Below are positions 35,319 through 44,675 of a stretch of 64,000 nucleotides of DNA, piece by piece (position 1 is the stretch's first letter; each line of letters begins with the position of its first letter). Origin of the DNA: Anaerolineae bacterium (GTDB lineage: Bacteria > Chloroflexota > Anaerolineae > Epilineales > JAHCIE01); assembly GCA_039810085.1 (NCBI GenBank), contig JBDHWG010000002.1, positions 2,273-66,272 of the forward strand, given 5' to 3'. The notes beneath the pieces are model-generated. The model had not been told where the DNA came from and made no database searches. It was given only the letters and a program-made list of their open reading frames with translations. The position numbers and the translations under genes were made by a program.

Positions 35319-37463
35319 TCAACGCGAGCCGTTCTGCCCCTGCAACAGGTAGTCGTCCAAGACCAGGGCCTCGCGCGGCTGGAGTGTGACCGTTCGGTCC
35401 ACCAGCCGCCACGTCGTTGTTCCCCCCTCACCGCCGTCGAACCACACTTGCAGACGGTGCGCCCCCGGCGATAGGGGCCACTCCGCCAGAATGGCGGGCG
35501 CTTTGCCGGTGTACACGTCCGCCGGGACAAGCGGCTGCTCCAACAGCATGGCCCCATCCACCGCCACGCTTAACCGCGTCGGCCAGTTGGGCTGAACGCC
35601 ACCGGGCATCGTCGGCGCTGCGCCAAAGAAGGTTGCCGGGTTGGGCAGCACCACGGACAGCCGCGCTTCGTCCACCCCGAACGTCCGCATCGGAACTGCA
35701 CTCAGCGCGACGAGCACAGCAAACGTGGCGGCGACTAGCGCCAGGGCCACGCCGATGTTTCGCGGGGTCAGCCGAGGCGTCATGCGGCCTGGCAGCGTGA
35801 GCGGCACGTCGCCGCTGCCGACGTGGGCAGGCGGGGGCTTCAAAGCGTCGGCGAAGCGGTCGGGGGCCAGCCAGAACGTCGTGATCGGCGCGTTGGCGTA
35901 GGCGCGGCGCAGGCGCGGCACGCGCTGGCGACTGAGGCGTCCCTCCTCCCAAACGTTGCCCTCGCGTCGGCTGCAATCATCGGGGGGACAGCCGACGACA
36001 CGCACGTCCGCCGCGCCTAGCTCGAGTGTCTCGCTGACCAGGTTGGGCGACGCCGTGGCAACACACGGCAGGGCGATGACCTCGACCGTGCGCGGCCCAT
36101 TGACCGCCACGCCCACACCATCCGCGAGGTAGGCGTCCGCGCCGAAAAGGGCGTGGCGCTCGCAGGTATAGACAATCGTCACTGGAGTCGCCGGGGCGCG
36201 GCGGCGCGCCCGTTCGAGGCGCGTGCGCGCAGCGTTAGGGATGGCCTGGGGCGCAAGGACGCTCAGCGACACGGCCTGGAGATCGCACGAGCCGATGCAC
36301 ACCCCGCACGCGACGCACATGGCCGGGTTTTCGATGGCGATGTACTTGTGCGGCTTGCCGTCATGGCGCTCGACCATGCTGATGGCCTTATACGGGCAAT
36401 CCATGGCGCACTCGGTGCAGCCCGTACAGAGGTCTTTGTCAATGGCGATGGGGGGCGGCCCCTTGTGGCGGCGCGGCAGCCAGGGCAGAGCGACGGAGAC
36501 GGCCAGCAGCGCGCCCAGCGCCGCCCACAGCCACCACGCAGCGCCGTTGACTTCGAAGGGCAGGAAGAACAGGTAGAACGGGTCGATGCGCATCGGCGCA
36601 GGCAGCGCGCCAAAGTCGGCCTTGGGGAGCATGCCGACGGGGATGGCGATGGACAGGATGAGAACGAGGCCGAACACGCCCGCGACCCAGAGACGCGAGG
36701 GGAGAAACTTGGGCCGGCTGAGACGCACGATGTGCAGCCAGAACATCGCGCTGATGAGCACGAAGAGAAGGATGTGGAGCAGCAGGATAAGCCCGATGAC
36801 GATCCAGCCGCGATCCAGGCGCTCGGCGCTCAGAAGGTAGCCCAGGAAGCCCGGCCCCCACGGTGTCAGGGCATCCAGCCAGTGGGTGAAGCTGGCCGTA
36901 ATGAGCTGCGCGCGCTCGTCCCAGATGAGCCAGTAGCCGAGCACGCCGTCCACCCACAGCACGGCCATCATCACCACGCCCGTGACCCACGCCAGCCAGC
37001 GCGGGCCGCGAAAGCGGTCCATGAACAGCAGGCGGTAGCCGTGGAGCAGGCTCACGACCAGGGCGAAGATCGAGGCGTAGCGGTGCATCGCCCGAATGAC
37101 GTGGGCAAGGGGGTGGCTTTCGATGCGGGCAATGGCCGCAAACGTCGCTTCGAAGCCGAACTGCATGAAGAACGTCAGGTACAGGCCCGTCACCGCCACG
37201 ATGATCCAGAGCCACACGGCAATCGTCCCCGTGTGGTAGAAGGGGTTGAGCGTTTGCGCGCCGACGAGCCGGTTGACCGGCGTCTCGACGGCCAGAGCGA
37301 TGCGCTCCATGAGCCACAGCACGCGGTTACGCTGCGGCTTCCAGACCTGGGTCATAGGCTGAAGAATGTCACGGGCAGCGCCACTCGGCTCATCAGGAAG
37401 ACAATCTTTGTCCTGGTCTACGCCTTCCAAGAGGGTTGGCGGCTTGTCGCGTCGGAAGAACAC
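35319..37463 (-). CDS. Fusion protein: di-haem cytochrome b + 2x[4Fe-4S] ferredoxin + MvhD/FlpD-like domain + C-terminal TM and extracytoplasmic domain
   Basis: Two H-x13-H pairs in TM helices (MHRYASIFALVVSLLH and LHILLFVLISAMFWLH). CTGCTECAMDCP and CVACGVCIGSCD clusters. GAADVRVVGCPPDDCSRREGN resembles the MvhD/FlpD signature. GTG start with GAGGAC upstream. Confidence 0.75.
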   Translation of the reverse strand: MFFRRDKPPTLLEGVDQDKDCLPDEPSGAARDILQPMTQVWKPQRNRVLWLMERIALAVETPVNRLVGAQTLNPFYHTGTIAVWLWIIVAVTGLYLTFFMQFGFEATFAAIARIESHPLAHVIRAMHRYASIFALVVSLLHGYRLLFMDRFRGPRWLAWVTGVVMMAVLWVDGVLGYWLIWDERAQLITASFTHWLDALTPWGPGFLGYLLSAERLDRGWIVIGLILLLHILLFVLISAMFWLHIVRLSRPKFLPSRLWVAGVFGLVLILSIAIPVGMLPKADFGALPAPMRIDPFYLFFLPFEVNGAAWWLWAALGALLAVSVALPWLPRRHKGPPPIAIDKDLCTGCTECAMDCPYKAISMVERHDGKPHKYIAIENPAMCVACGVCIGSCDLQAVSLSVLAPQAIPNAARTRLERARRRAPATPVTIVYTCERHALFGADAYLADGVGVAVNGPRTVEVIALPCVATASPNLVSETLELGAADVRVVGCPPDDCSRREGNVWEEGRLSRQRVPRLRRAYANAPITTFWLAPDRFADALKPPPAHVGSGDVPLTLPGRMTPRLTPRNIGVALALVAATFAVLVALSAVPMRTFGVDEARLSVVLPNPATFFGAAPTMPGGVQPNWPTRLSVAVDGAMLLEQPLVPADVYTGKAPAILAEWPLSPGAHRLQVWFDGGEGGTTTWRLVDRTVTLQPREALVLDDYLLQGQNGSR

Positions 37464-37499
37464 GGGATGTCCTCGATTCTGATGTTCAATAGCTCGGGG

Positions 37500-37620
37500 G
37501 TCACTGCGAGGAGGACGGTAGGACGACGAAGCAGTCCCTCGGCCGGTGAGAGATTCGCTCGGCCTAGGCTAGACCGGCTGTCGCAAGGGCGCGAGATTGC
37601 TTCGCTATGCTCGCAATGAC
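37500..37620. repeat. MITE/REP-like palindrome, family B
   Basis: Homologous along its length to 4660..4780. It generates the spurious 'MLRYARNDG' ORF start in the track. Confidence 0.8.
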
Positions 37621-37660
37621 GGCTTCTCTATCCTTATAGATGCAGCATTACCCGTCATGG

Positions 37661-37697
37661 ATACATACGTCCACCGGGAGCCGCTGTGGCAACCCCC
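37661..37697 (-). terminator. Hairpin downstream of coxI (possible terminator or RNA-processing site)
   Basis: GTCCACCGGG ... CCCGGTGGAC, a 10-bp stem with no clear T-tract. Confidence 0.35.
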
Positions 37698-37734
37698 GGT
37701 GGACACGCGCACACATGGAAGCGGCGGGAACTTG

Positions 37735-39375
<1,641 letters not shown>

Positions 39376-39416
39376 TGCTGTCTCCTTTCGAGACGACAGT
39401 CACGCGACTGCCATGA

Positions 39417-39893
39417 TTATTCTACGGTGATCGTACCGAACATGTACTGGTGGCCCAGACCGCAGTACTCGGTACAGAGGTAGTGATACGTGCCGGGGGT
39501 ATTGAATGTGTGGGTCAATGTCGTGACCCGGCCCGGCAGCAACATCGCGTTGACGTTCGTATTCTCGACCAGGAAACCGTGCTGGACGTCCTGGCTGGTC
39601 ACAATGAAGGTGACTTGCGAACCAACCGGCACCTTCAACTCGTTGGGGGTGAAGACCCACGGCTTTGCGCCCGCGCGGATGACGGCCTCGTACTTGCCCG
39701 GCGCAAGCTCGCGCAGCCCCGGCTCAGCAAATGTGCCTGTCGTCGCCACCGTGTTCGGGTTCACGAGCTGCGCGGAGTACGGCAGCTGGTAGCCCATGGC
39801 GGCGGATGAGATGGTGATGGTGGCGAAGAAGATAGCGACGACGGCCACGCTGATGGCGATCCACCACTTTTCGTATGTGTCAACGTGAATCAT
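39417..39893 (-). CDS. cbaB: Cytochrome c oxidase subunit II (ba3-type, CuA cupredoxin)
   Basis: CuA site CTEYCGLGHQYM with a single N-terminal TM segment. Start at ATG 39893 (MIHVDTYEKWW..). Confidence 0.85.
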   Translation of the reverse strand: MIHVDTYEKWWIAISVAVVAIFFATITISSAAMGYQLPYSAQLVNPNTVATTGTFAEPGLRELAPGKYEAVIRAGAKPWVFTPNELKVPVGSQVTFIVTSQDVQHGFLVENTNVNAMLLPGRVTTLTHTFNTPGTYHYLCTEYCGLGHQYMFGTITVE

Positions 39894-40030
39894 CCCGTCA
39901 CCCCTCTCCCCAGCAGAATCAGGTACACCCAGCTCCACAGGATAATGAGGGTGAGGAGGAAGAGCAGGGTGATGGTGATAGCGCCGATGGGATGCTGTGG
40001 TTGGTCTTTGTTTGGTAGTTTCTTGTCCAT
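39890..40030 (-). CDS. Small single-TM protein resembling ba3 oxidase subunit IIa (CbaD-like), not in the ORF track
   Basis: GGAGGAAACACT then ATG: MDKKLPNKDQPQHPIGAITITLLFLLTLIILWSWVYLILLGRGVTG (46 aa). Its stop overlaps the coxII ATG as ATGA. Confidence 0.55.
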   Translation of the reverse strand: MDKKLPNKDQPQHPIGAITITLLFLLTLIILWSWVYLILLGRGVTG

Positions 40031-40058
40031 AGTGTTTCCTCCAGGCAATGAATGTGGG

Positions 40059-40703
40059 TCACCGGGTGAGCAGATAGGCCAGGTCGTCGGCCATGTCTTC
40101 CACCGAGATACCGAATGGGAACAGGAGGCGCAGGTAGCCCTGGCGGTCCACGACCATGACCGTCGCGGTGTGGTCCACCAGGTAGCCTAACGCCGACGTC
40201 ACCGGATGCGCGTTGTAGTAGACGCCATAGTACGTCGCCGTCTCGGCGATCTTCTCAGGTGTCCCCGTGAGTCCGATAAAGCTGGGGTCGTAGCGCCCGA
40301 CGTACTCCCCCATCACGTCGGGTGTGTCGCGCTGCGGATCCACCGACACCATGATGACCTGCACATCCCCAGCGTCGTCCCCTAGCGCCTCCCGCGCCTT
40401 GTTGATGACGGACAGGGTGACCGGACACACGTCGGGGCAGGTGGTGTAGCCGAAGAACAGCATGACCAGCTTGCCGCGAAAGTCCTGCAAGGAGACAGGC
40501 TTGCCGTGCTGGTCGGTCAGCGTGAAGTTGGGCGCCGGCTGGGGCGATTGCAGAATCATGCCGTGGTAGGCGTGGGGACGCAGCATGGCGCCGACCTTCC
40601 AGCCAGCGACGCCTACCAGGGTCAGGACAACGATACCCACCACCAGAAGGATGGGCCAGCGGACGGGCAGCGTCCGCCGATGCGTCATAGGAACATCGGT
40701 CAT
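40059..40703 (-). CDS. SCO1/SenC family copper chaperone / thiol-disulfide oxidoreductase
   Basis: CPDVC motif in FFGYTTCPDVCPVTL. N-terminal TM segment. The ATG at 40703 overlaps the upstream stop as ATGA. Confidence 0.85.
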   Translation of the reverse strand: MTDVPMTHRRTLPVRWPILLVVGIVVLTLVGVAGWKVGAMLRPHAYHGMILQSPQPAPNFTLTDQHGKPVSLQDFRGKLVMLFFGYTTCPDVCPVTLSVINKAREALGDDAGDVQVIMVSVDPQRDTPDVMGEYVGRYDPSFIGLTGTPEKIAETATYYGVYYNAHPVTSALGYLVDHTATVMVVDRQGYLRLLFPFGISVEDMADDLAYLLTR

Positions 40704-41419
40704 TGGTAGCACCTGAACACGTGCGCGGCCTCATACGCCACCCGCGCGACGCCCGTACTATTGCGGGCCTCGTCGGCAATGGATTGCAGGTCGCGCATCA
40801 CAAGAGCCTGGTCGAGCTGCGATGTGCGGTAGTCGGCGCGGATAATGCCCCAGCCGTCCACCAGGACAAAGTGAGGCTCGAAGCGAATGGCCGTCGGGTC
40901 ACCTGCCTTTTTATCATAGTACACGTTGAAGCCGCCGCCCACTGCGTACTTGGTCTTGAGCGGGTCGCCGGTCAGCCAGTCCCACGGGATCGCCGGGTCG
41001 CCCGGATACGTGGCAGCCATGCGCGCCAGCGCCTCGGGCGTGTCATGCTCCGGGTCAACGCTGATCGTCACCAGCGCCACATCGATCCCCTGCGGCTTGT
41101 TGGCAGCGAGGCGCTCGCGGAACGCCGCGAGCTGGTCGGCAGTCTGCGGGCAGCCTGCCCCACAGCCGGTGTAACTAAAGCTGTACAGCGTCACCTTGCC
41201 GCGGTAGTCCTCGCTGGTGCGCACAACACCGGCCTGGTTGGTGAACGCGAAGCCGGGCGCCAGGCTGATGCGGGGCATCACCCGCAACGGCTTGAAGGTA
41301 GCGAAGGCCAGCACACCGACGACGAGGAGCGCCCCCAGGACGTAGAGCGCCCGCAGCGGCCAGACAAACCAGCGGCGGCTGGCGGCGCGTGGGGCGGGAT
41401 CGAGGACGTGCGCGCTCAT
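40700..41419 (-). CDS. SCO1/SenC family protein (second paralogue)
   Basis: YSFSYTGCGAGCPQT motif. The ATG at 41419 overlaps the upstream stop as ATGA. Confidence 0.8.
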   Translation of the reverse strand: MSAHVLDPAPRAASRRWFVWPLRALYVLGALLVVGVLAFATFKPLRVMPRISLAPGFAFTNQAGVVRTSEDYRGKVTLYSFSYTGCGAGCPQTADQLAAFRERLAANKPQGIDVALVTISVDPEHDTPEALARMAATYPGDPAIPWDWLTGDPLKTKYAVGGGFNVYYDKKAGDPTAIRFEPHFVLVDGWGIIRADYRTSQLDQALVMRDLQSIADEARNSTGVARVAYEAAHVFRCYQ

Positions 41420-41787
41420 GGGCGGCTCGCCGTCCCCTCGGACGGCCCCTGCCATGACCCACGCAGCATGCCGAGCAGTTCGGTCGCATCCATGTCGGGC
41501 ACCGGACGCAGATCATCCACGACGGCTCGATTCTCGTCGAGGGTCAGGTGGATGATGCGGAGACTGCGCGACGGGTTGCCGAGCAACGAGTAGACATTCG
41601 TCGGGCGGCTCCCGATAGCGGCCTGATCGACGATCAGCACCTCCGGCTGTGTCGCGGCGATGAGGTCCTCGGCCTCGTTCCACGAGTCGGCCGAGCCGAC
41701 GACGAAGACAGACGGCTCCTGGCCGAGAAGGTGGGCCAACCCGTCTCGGAACAGCCCTCGGCCGACAAGAAGCACGCGCGTACCCAT
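41416..41787 (-). CDS. Stand-alone receiver-like (pseudo-receiver) domain protein
   Basis: MGTRVLLVGRGLFRDGLAHLL..PEVLIVDQ.. resembles the NarL-family REC N-terminus. The acidic DD pair is replaced by GR, and there is no output domain. Confidence 0.55.
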   Translation of the reverse strand: MGTRVLLVGRGLFRDGLAHLLGQEPSVFVVGSADSWNEAEDLIAATQPEVLIVDQAAIGSRPTNVYSLLGNPSRSLRIIHLTLDENRAVVDDLRPVPDMDATELLGMLRGSWQGPSEGTASRP

Positions 41788-41900
41788 ATCCCCAGTATAG
41801 CAGCCGGGAACCACCTCCGTCGTCAGCCGGATGGGTACATGAAGGCTAGAAATCGGTTAGGGGCGCCTAATCCATTTGGAGAATGAGCGGAGACAGGGGA

Positions 41901-42569
41901 TTAATCCAGGTGAGGCGGAGCGCCTCTGGCAAGGCTATGGCGGGCGGCCCAGGCAGCCGCCTCGGACCGGCTGCGGAGGTGCAGCTTGTCCAGGATGTTG
42001 CGCAGGTGCGCCTTGACCGTGTGCGGGGAGAGGGAGAGGGCGGCGCCGATTTCCTTGTTCGTCATGCCCTGGGCGATCAAGCGCAGGACGGCGCGCTCGC
42101 GCGCCGTCAGCTCCTCTCCGCCGGTCTCGCGTCGCTCGCTGTCTGTCGAGAGCGCGGCAAACTCATCCAGCAGCTTGGCCGCCATGCTCGGCGCGATGAT
42201 CGCCTCACCCGCGTTGACGCGGCGGATGGCATCCATCAGCTCGTCGCTGCCCATGCTCTTGAGGAGATAGCCGCGCGCGCCAGCGCGAACGGCGGCGAAC
42301 AGGTGCTCGGCGTTCTCGGACACGGTCAGCATGAGGATGTGCGTCTCCGGCTGCGCGAGGTGAATCTGGCGCGCGGCCTCGATGCCATCGACACGCGCCA
42401 TGTTGATGTCCAGCAGCGCCACATCCGGCCGTAGCGCCGCCGCGCGGGCAATCGCATCTGCCCCGTCGGATACGCTCGCGACGACGCTCATTTCTGCGGT
42501 GTCGTTCAGAACGCGCGCCAGACCTTCGCGGAACAGGCGGTGGTCGTCGGCGATCAGGATGCGGATCAT
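41901..42569 (-). CDS. NarL/LuxR-family two-component response regulator
   Basis: REC domain (MIRILIADDHRLFREG..DVALLDINM) plus a LuxR HTH (LTARERAVLRLIAQGMTNKEIGAALSLSPHTVKAH). Confidence 0.9.
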   Translation of the reverse strand: MIRILIADDHRLFREGLARVLNDTAEMSVVASVSDGADAIARAAALRPDVALLDINMARVDGIEAARQIHLAQPETHILMLTVSENAEHLFAAVRAGARGYLLKSMGSDELMDAIRRVNAGEAIIAPSMAAKLLDEFAALSTDSERRETGGEELTARERAVLRLIAQGMTNKEIGAALSLSPHTVKAHLRNILDKLHLRSRSEAAAWAARHSLARGAPPHLD

Positions 42570-44434
42570 GCGGCGCCTCGTTGGGGAATGGTGACGATGA
42601 TGCGGGTGCCCTGCCCGGTTCCGGTCACGATGCTAAAGCGGCCACCGAGACTCTGCGCCCGCTCGCGCATCGTCGCCATGCCGTGGCGCCGGTAGTCGCC
42701 GTTCGCCGCAAGGGCCTGGGGCAAACCGTCGCCGTTGTCGGTGACGGTCAGCTCCAGATAGTCGCCCTGCGCCACCAGGCGGACCTCGACGTGCCGGGCG
42801 TGGGCGTGCTTGCGCACGTTGGTGAGCGCCTCCTGGGCAATGCGGAGGAGTTGCAGCGTGACCTCCGGGTCTACCACCAGCCCTGGCGGGTCAGCGACGA
42901 AAGCCGTCTCGATGGCGGTCTGCTGGCGGAAGTGGGTCACGTAGTCCGCCAGCCGCGCCGCCACCTGCTCTGGGTGCTCGGCAGCCAGGCGCAGCCCATC
43001 GATGGCTTCCCGCGCATCGACGTAGGCGGCCCGAATGGACTCGCGCATCTCGCCCATCTCAAGAATCGCGTCCTCGTCGCGGCCAACCTTGACCAGCTTC
43101 TCCAGGCGCTCCATTTGCAAGCTAAGATAGGCCAGGGTTTGCGCCAGGCCATCGTGAATCTCACGCGACAGGCGATAGCGCTCCTCGAAGACCGCCATCT
43201 GTCGCACCTGTTCGTAGAGCTGCGCGTTGCGGACGGCCAGGGCAATCTGGTTTGCTGCCGTCGTCAGCAGATCGGTGTGGCGGGCGGACAGCGTCCGGGG
43301 CCGCGTTGCGCCCAGGAACAGCGCGCCGAACACTAAGCCCTCGGTCACCAGCGGCGCAGCCGCAGCCGACCGTAGGTCCCCTGTTGGCTCCGGCAGCGTC
43401 GCGACGATCACCGGGGCGCCTGTCAGCGTTTTCTGCGCCATCTCCAGCGCTAGCTCGAAGCGGGCGTCGGTCATGCCGCTCCCCAGCCCACGGGAGGCGC
43501 GGCACGCCCAGGCATGGGACGCGGCATCGTACAGGAACAAGGCCGCCGCGTCCACATCCCAACCGGCGGCTGTGATTTGCAAGACCTGGCTCGCAAAGTG
43601 GTCCAGGTTCGCCTCGCTCGCCGCCGCCTGATCCAGCGCGTGCAGCGTCGTCATCTGGCGCGCTCGCAGCCGTCGGCTGTCCAGCATCCCGGCGATTTCC
43701 CCTTGCACAACATTGAGTAAGCGCACCTGGGACTCCGGCGGACCATCCGCCGAGGGGAAGTAGGCCAGGATCGCCCCGACGCGCTCTTTCTCGCGCACGA
43801 TGGGCATGCACACCGCCGACGCGATACCTTCCGCTTCCGCCAATGTCTCAAGCCCGACAAACAGCGGGCAGCCGCTCCGCGTCTGGGCACGCAGCGTCGT
43901 GCATTCACGGCAACGCGTCGTGTCGATGCCCGCGTCCATCTGGGCGCGCAACGCGTGGACATACTGCTCGCTCAGGCCCCACGCCACGTCGAGCTGCACG
44001 CGGTTGGCCGCGTCGTCGAACGTCACGATGGACGATGCCTGCGCCCCAATCAACTCGATAGGCGCCTGGGCAGCCAGCTCCAGCACCGTCTCCTCACTGT
44101 CGGCCGCCGCGATCTGCTCCCCAATGCGGTTGAGCGACAGCAGCCGCGCGTGGTTCGTCTCAAGCTCGGCGTAAGCAACTTTCAGGTGCTCCTCGGCCTG
44201 ACTGTGCCGCTCCAGGGCGTTCGCCAGCAAACTCAGCCCGATCCATGCAGTAATGCTGCCCACAATGCCAAGGATAAGGACATCGAGTGTGTCGCTCAAG
44301 GAGAACGCGCTTGGCCCTAGCCAGGAGACCAGCACGGAGCGCTCTAGCGCGGCGACGGCAAACACGCCCAGTGGGAGGAGCCAGCGTAGGCGGCGAAGCT
44401 GGATATGCAGCGGGACATGGGAGAAAAACGGCAT
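42566..44434 (-). CDS. GAF-domain sensor histidine kinase (HisKA_3 / NarX-like)
   Basis: Two N-terminal TM segments and GAF-like regions. H-box REIHDGLAQTL. HATPase motifs (NVRKHAHA.., DNGDG.., GMATMRERA). Its stop overlaps the RR start as ATGA. Confidence 0.85.
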   Translation of the reverse strand: MPFFSHVPLHIQLRRLRWLLPLGVFAVAALERSVLVSWLGPSAFSLSDTLDVLILGIVGSITAWIGLSLLANALERHSQAEEHLKVAYAELETNHARLLSLNRIGEQIAAADSEETVLELAAQAPIELIGAQASSIVTFDDAANRVQLDVAWGLSEQYVHALRAQMDAGIDTTRCRECTTLRAQTRSGCPLFVGLETLAEAEGIASAVCMPIVREKERVGAILAYFPSADGPPESQVRLLNVVQGEIAGMLDSRRLRARQMTTLHALDQAAASEANLDHFASQVLQITAAGWDVDAAALFLYDAASHAWACRASRGLGSGMTDARFELALEMAQKTLTGAPVIVATLPEPTGDLRSAAAAPLVTEGLVFGALFLGATRPRTLSARHTDLLTTAANQIALAVRNAQLYEQVRQMAVFEERYRLSREIHDGLAQTLAYLSLQMERLEKLVKVGRDEDAILEMGEMRESIRAAYVDAREAIDGLRLAAEHPEQVAARLADYVTHFRQQTAIETAFVADPPGLVVDPEVTLQLLRIAQEALTNVRKHAHARHVEVRLVAQGDYLELTVTDNGDGLPQALAANGDYRRHGMATMRERAQSLGGRFSIVTGTGQGTRIIVTIPQRGAA

Positions 44435-44558
44435 GGATAGGCCATCCCGGCCGACGCAAGCTGATGTTGTGACTCACAGTGCGGACCGCACCTTTTCTTA
44501 TTGTACCCTATCCCGCAAACGTTTGCAAGGCTGCAATATGTCGATAAGCGTCAGCGGG

Positions 44559-44587
44559 TTGCAATGTGACAGCGTCCGTTTTATACT
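44559..44587 (+). promoter_or_regulatory. Candidate sigma70-type promoter of the SulP gene
   Basis: TTGCAA - 17 nt - TATACT, about 90 nt upstream of the ATG at 44676. Confidence 0.45.
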
Positions 44588-44675
44588 GTGCTTCCGCGAC
44601 ATCGTCTTTGCGCGTCCCCATGCGGTTGCCGTCTTCCACACTGCAATAAAATCAGCGCACCTGGGAGAGTCGCCG

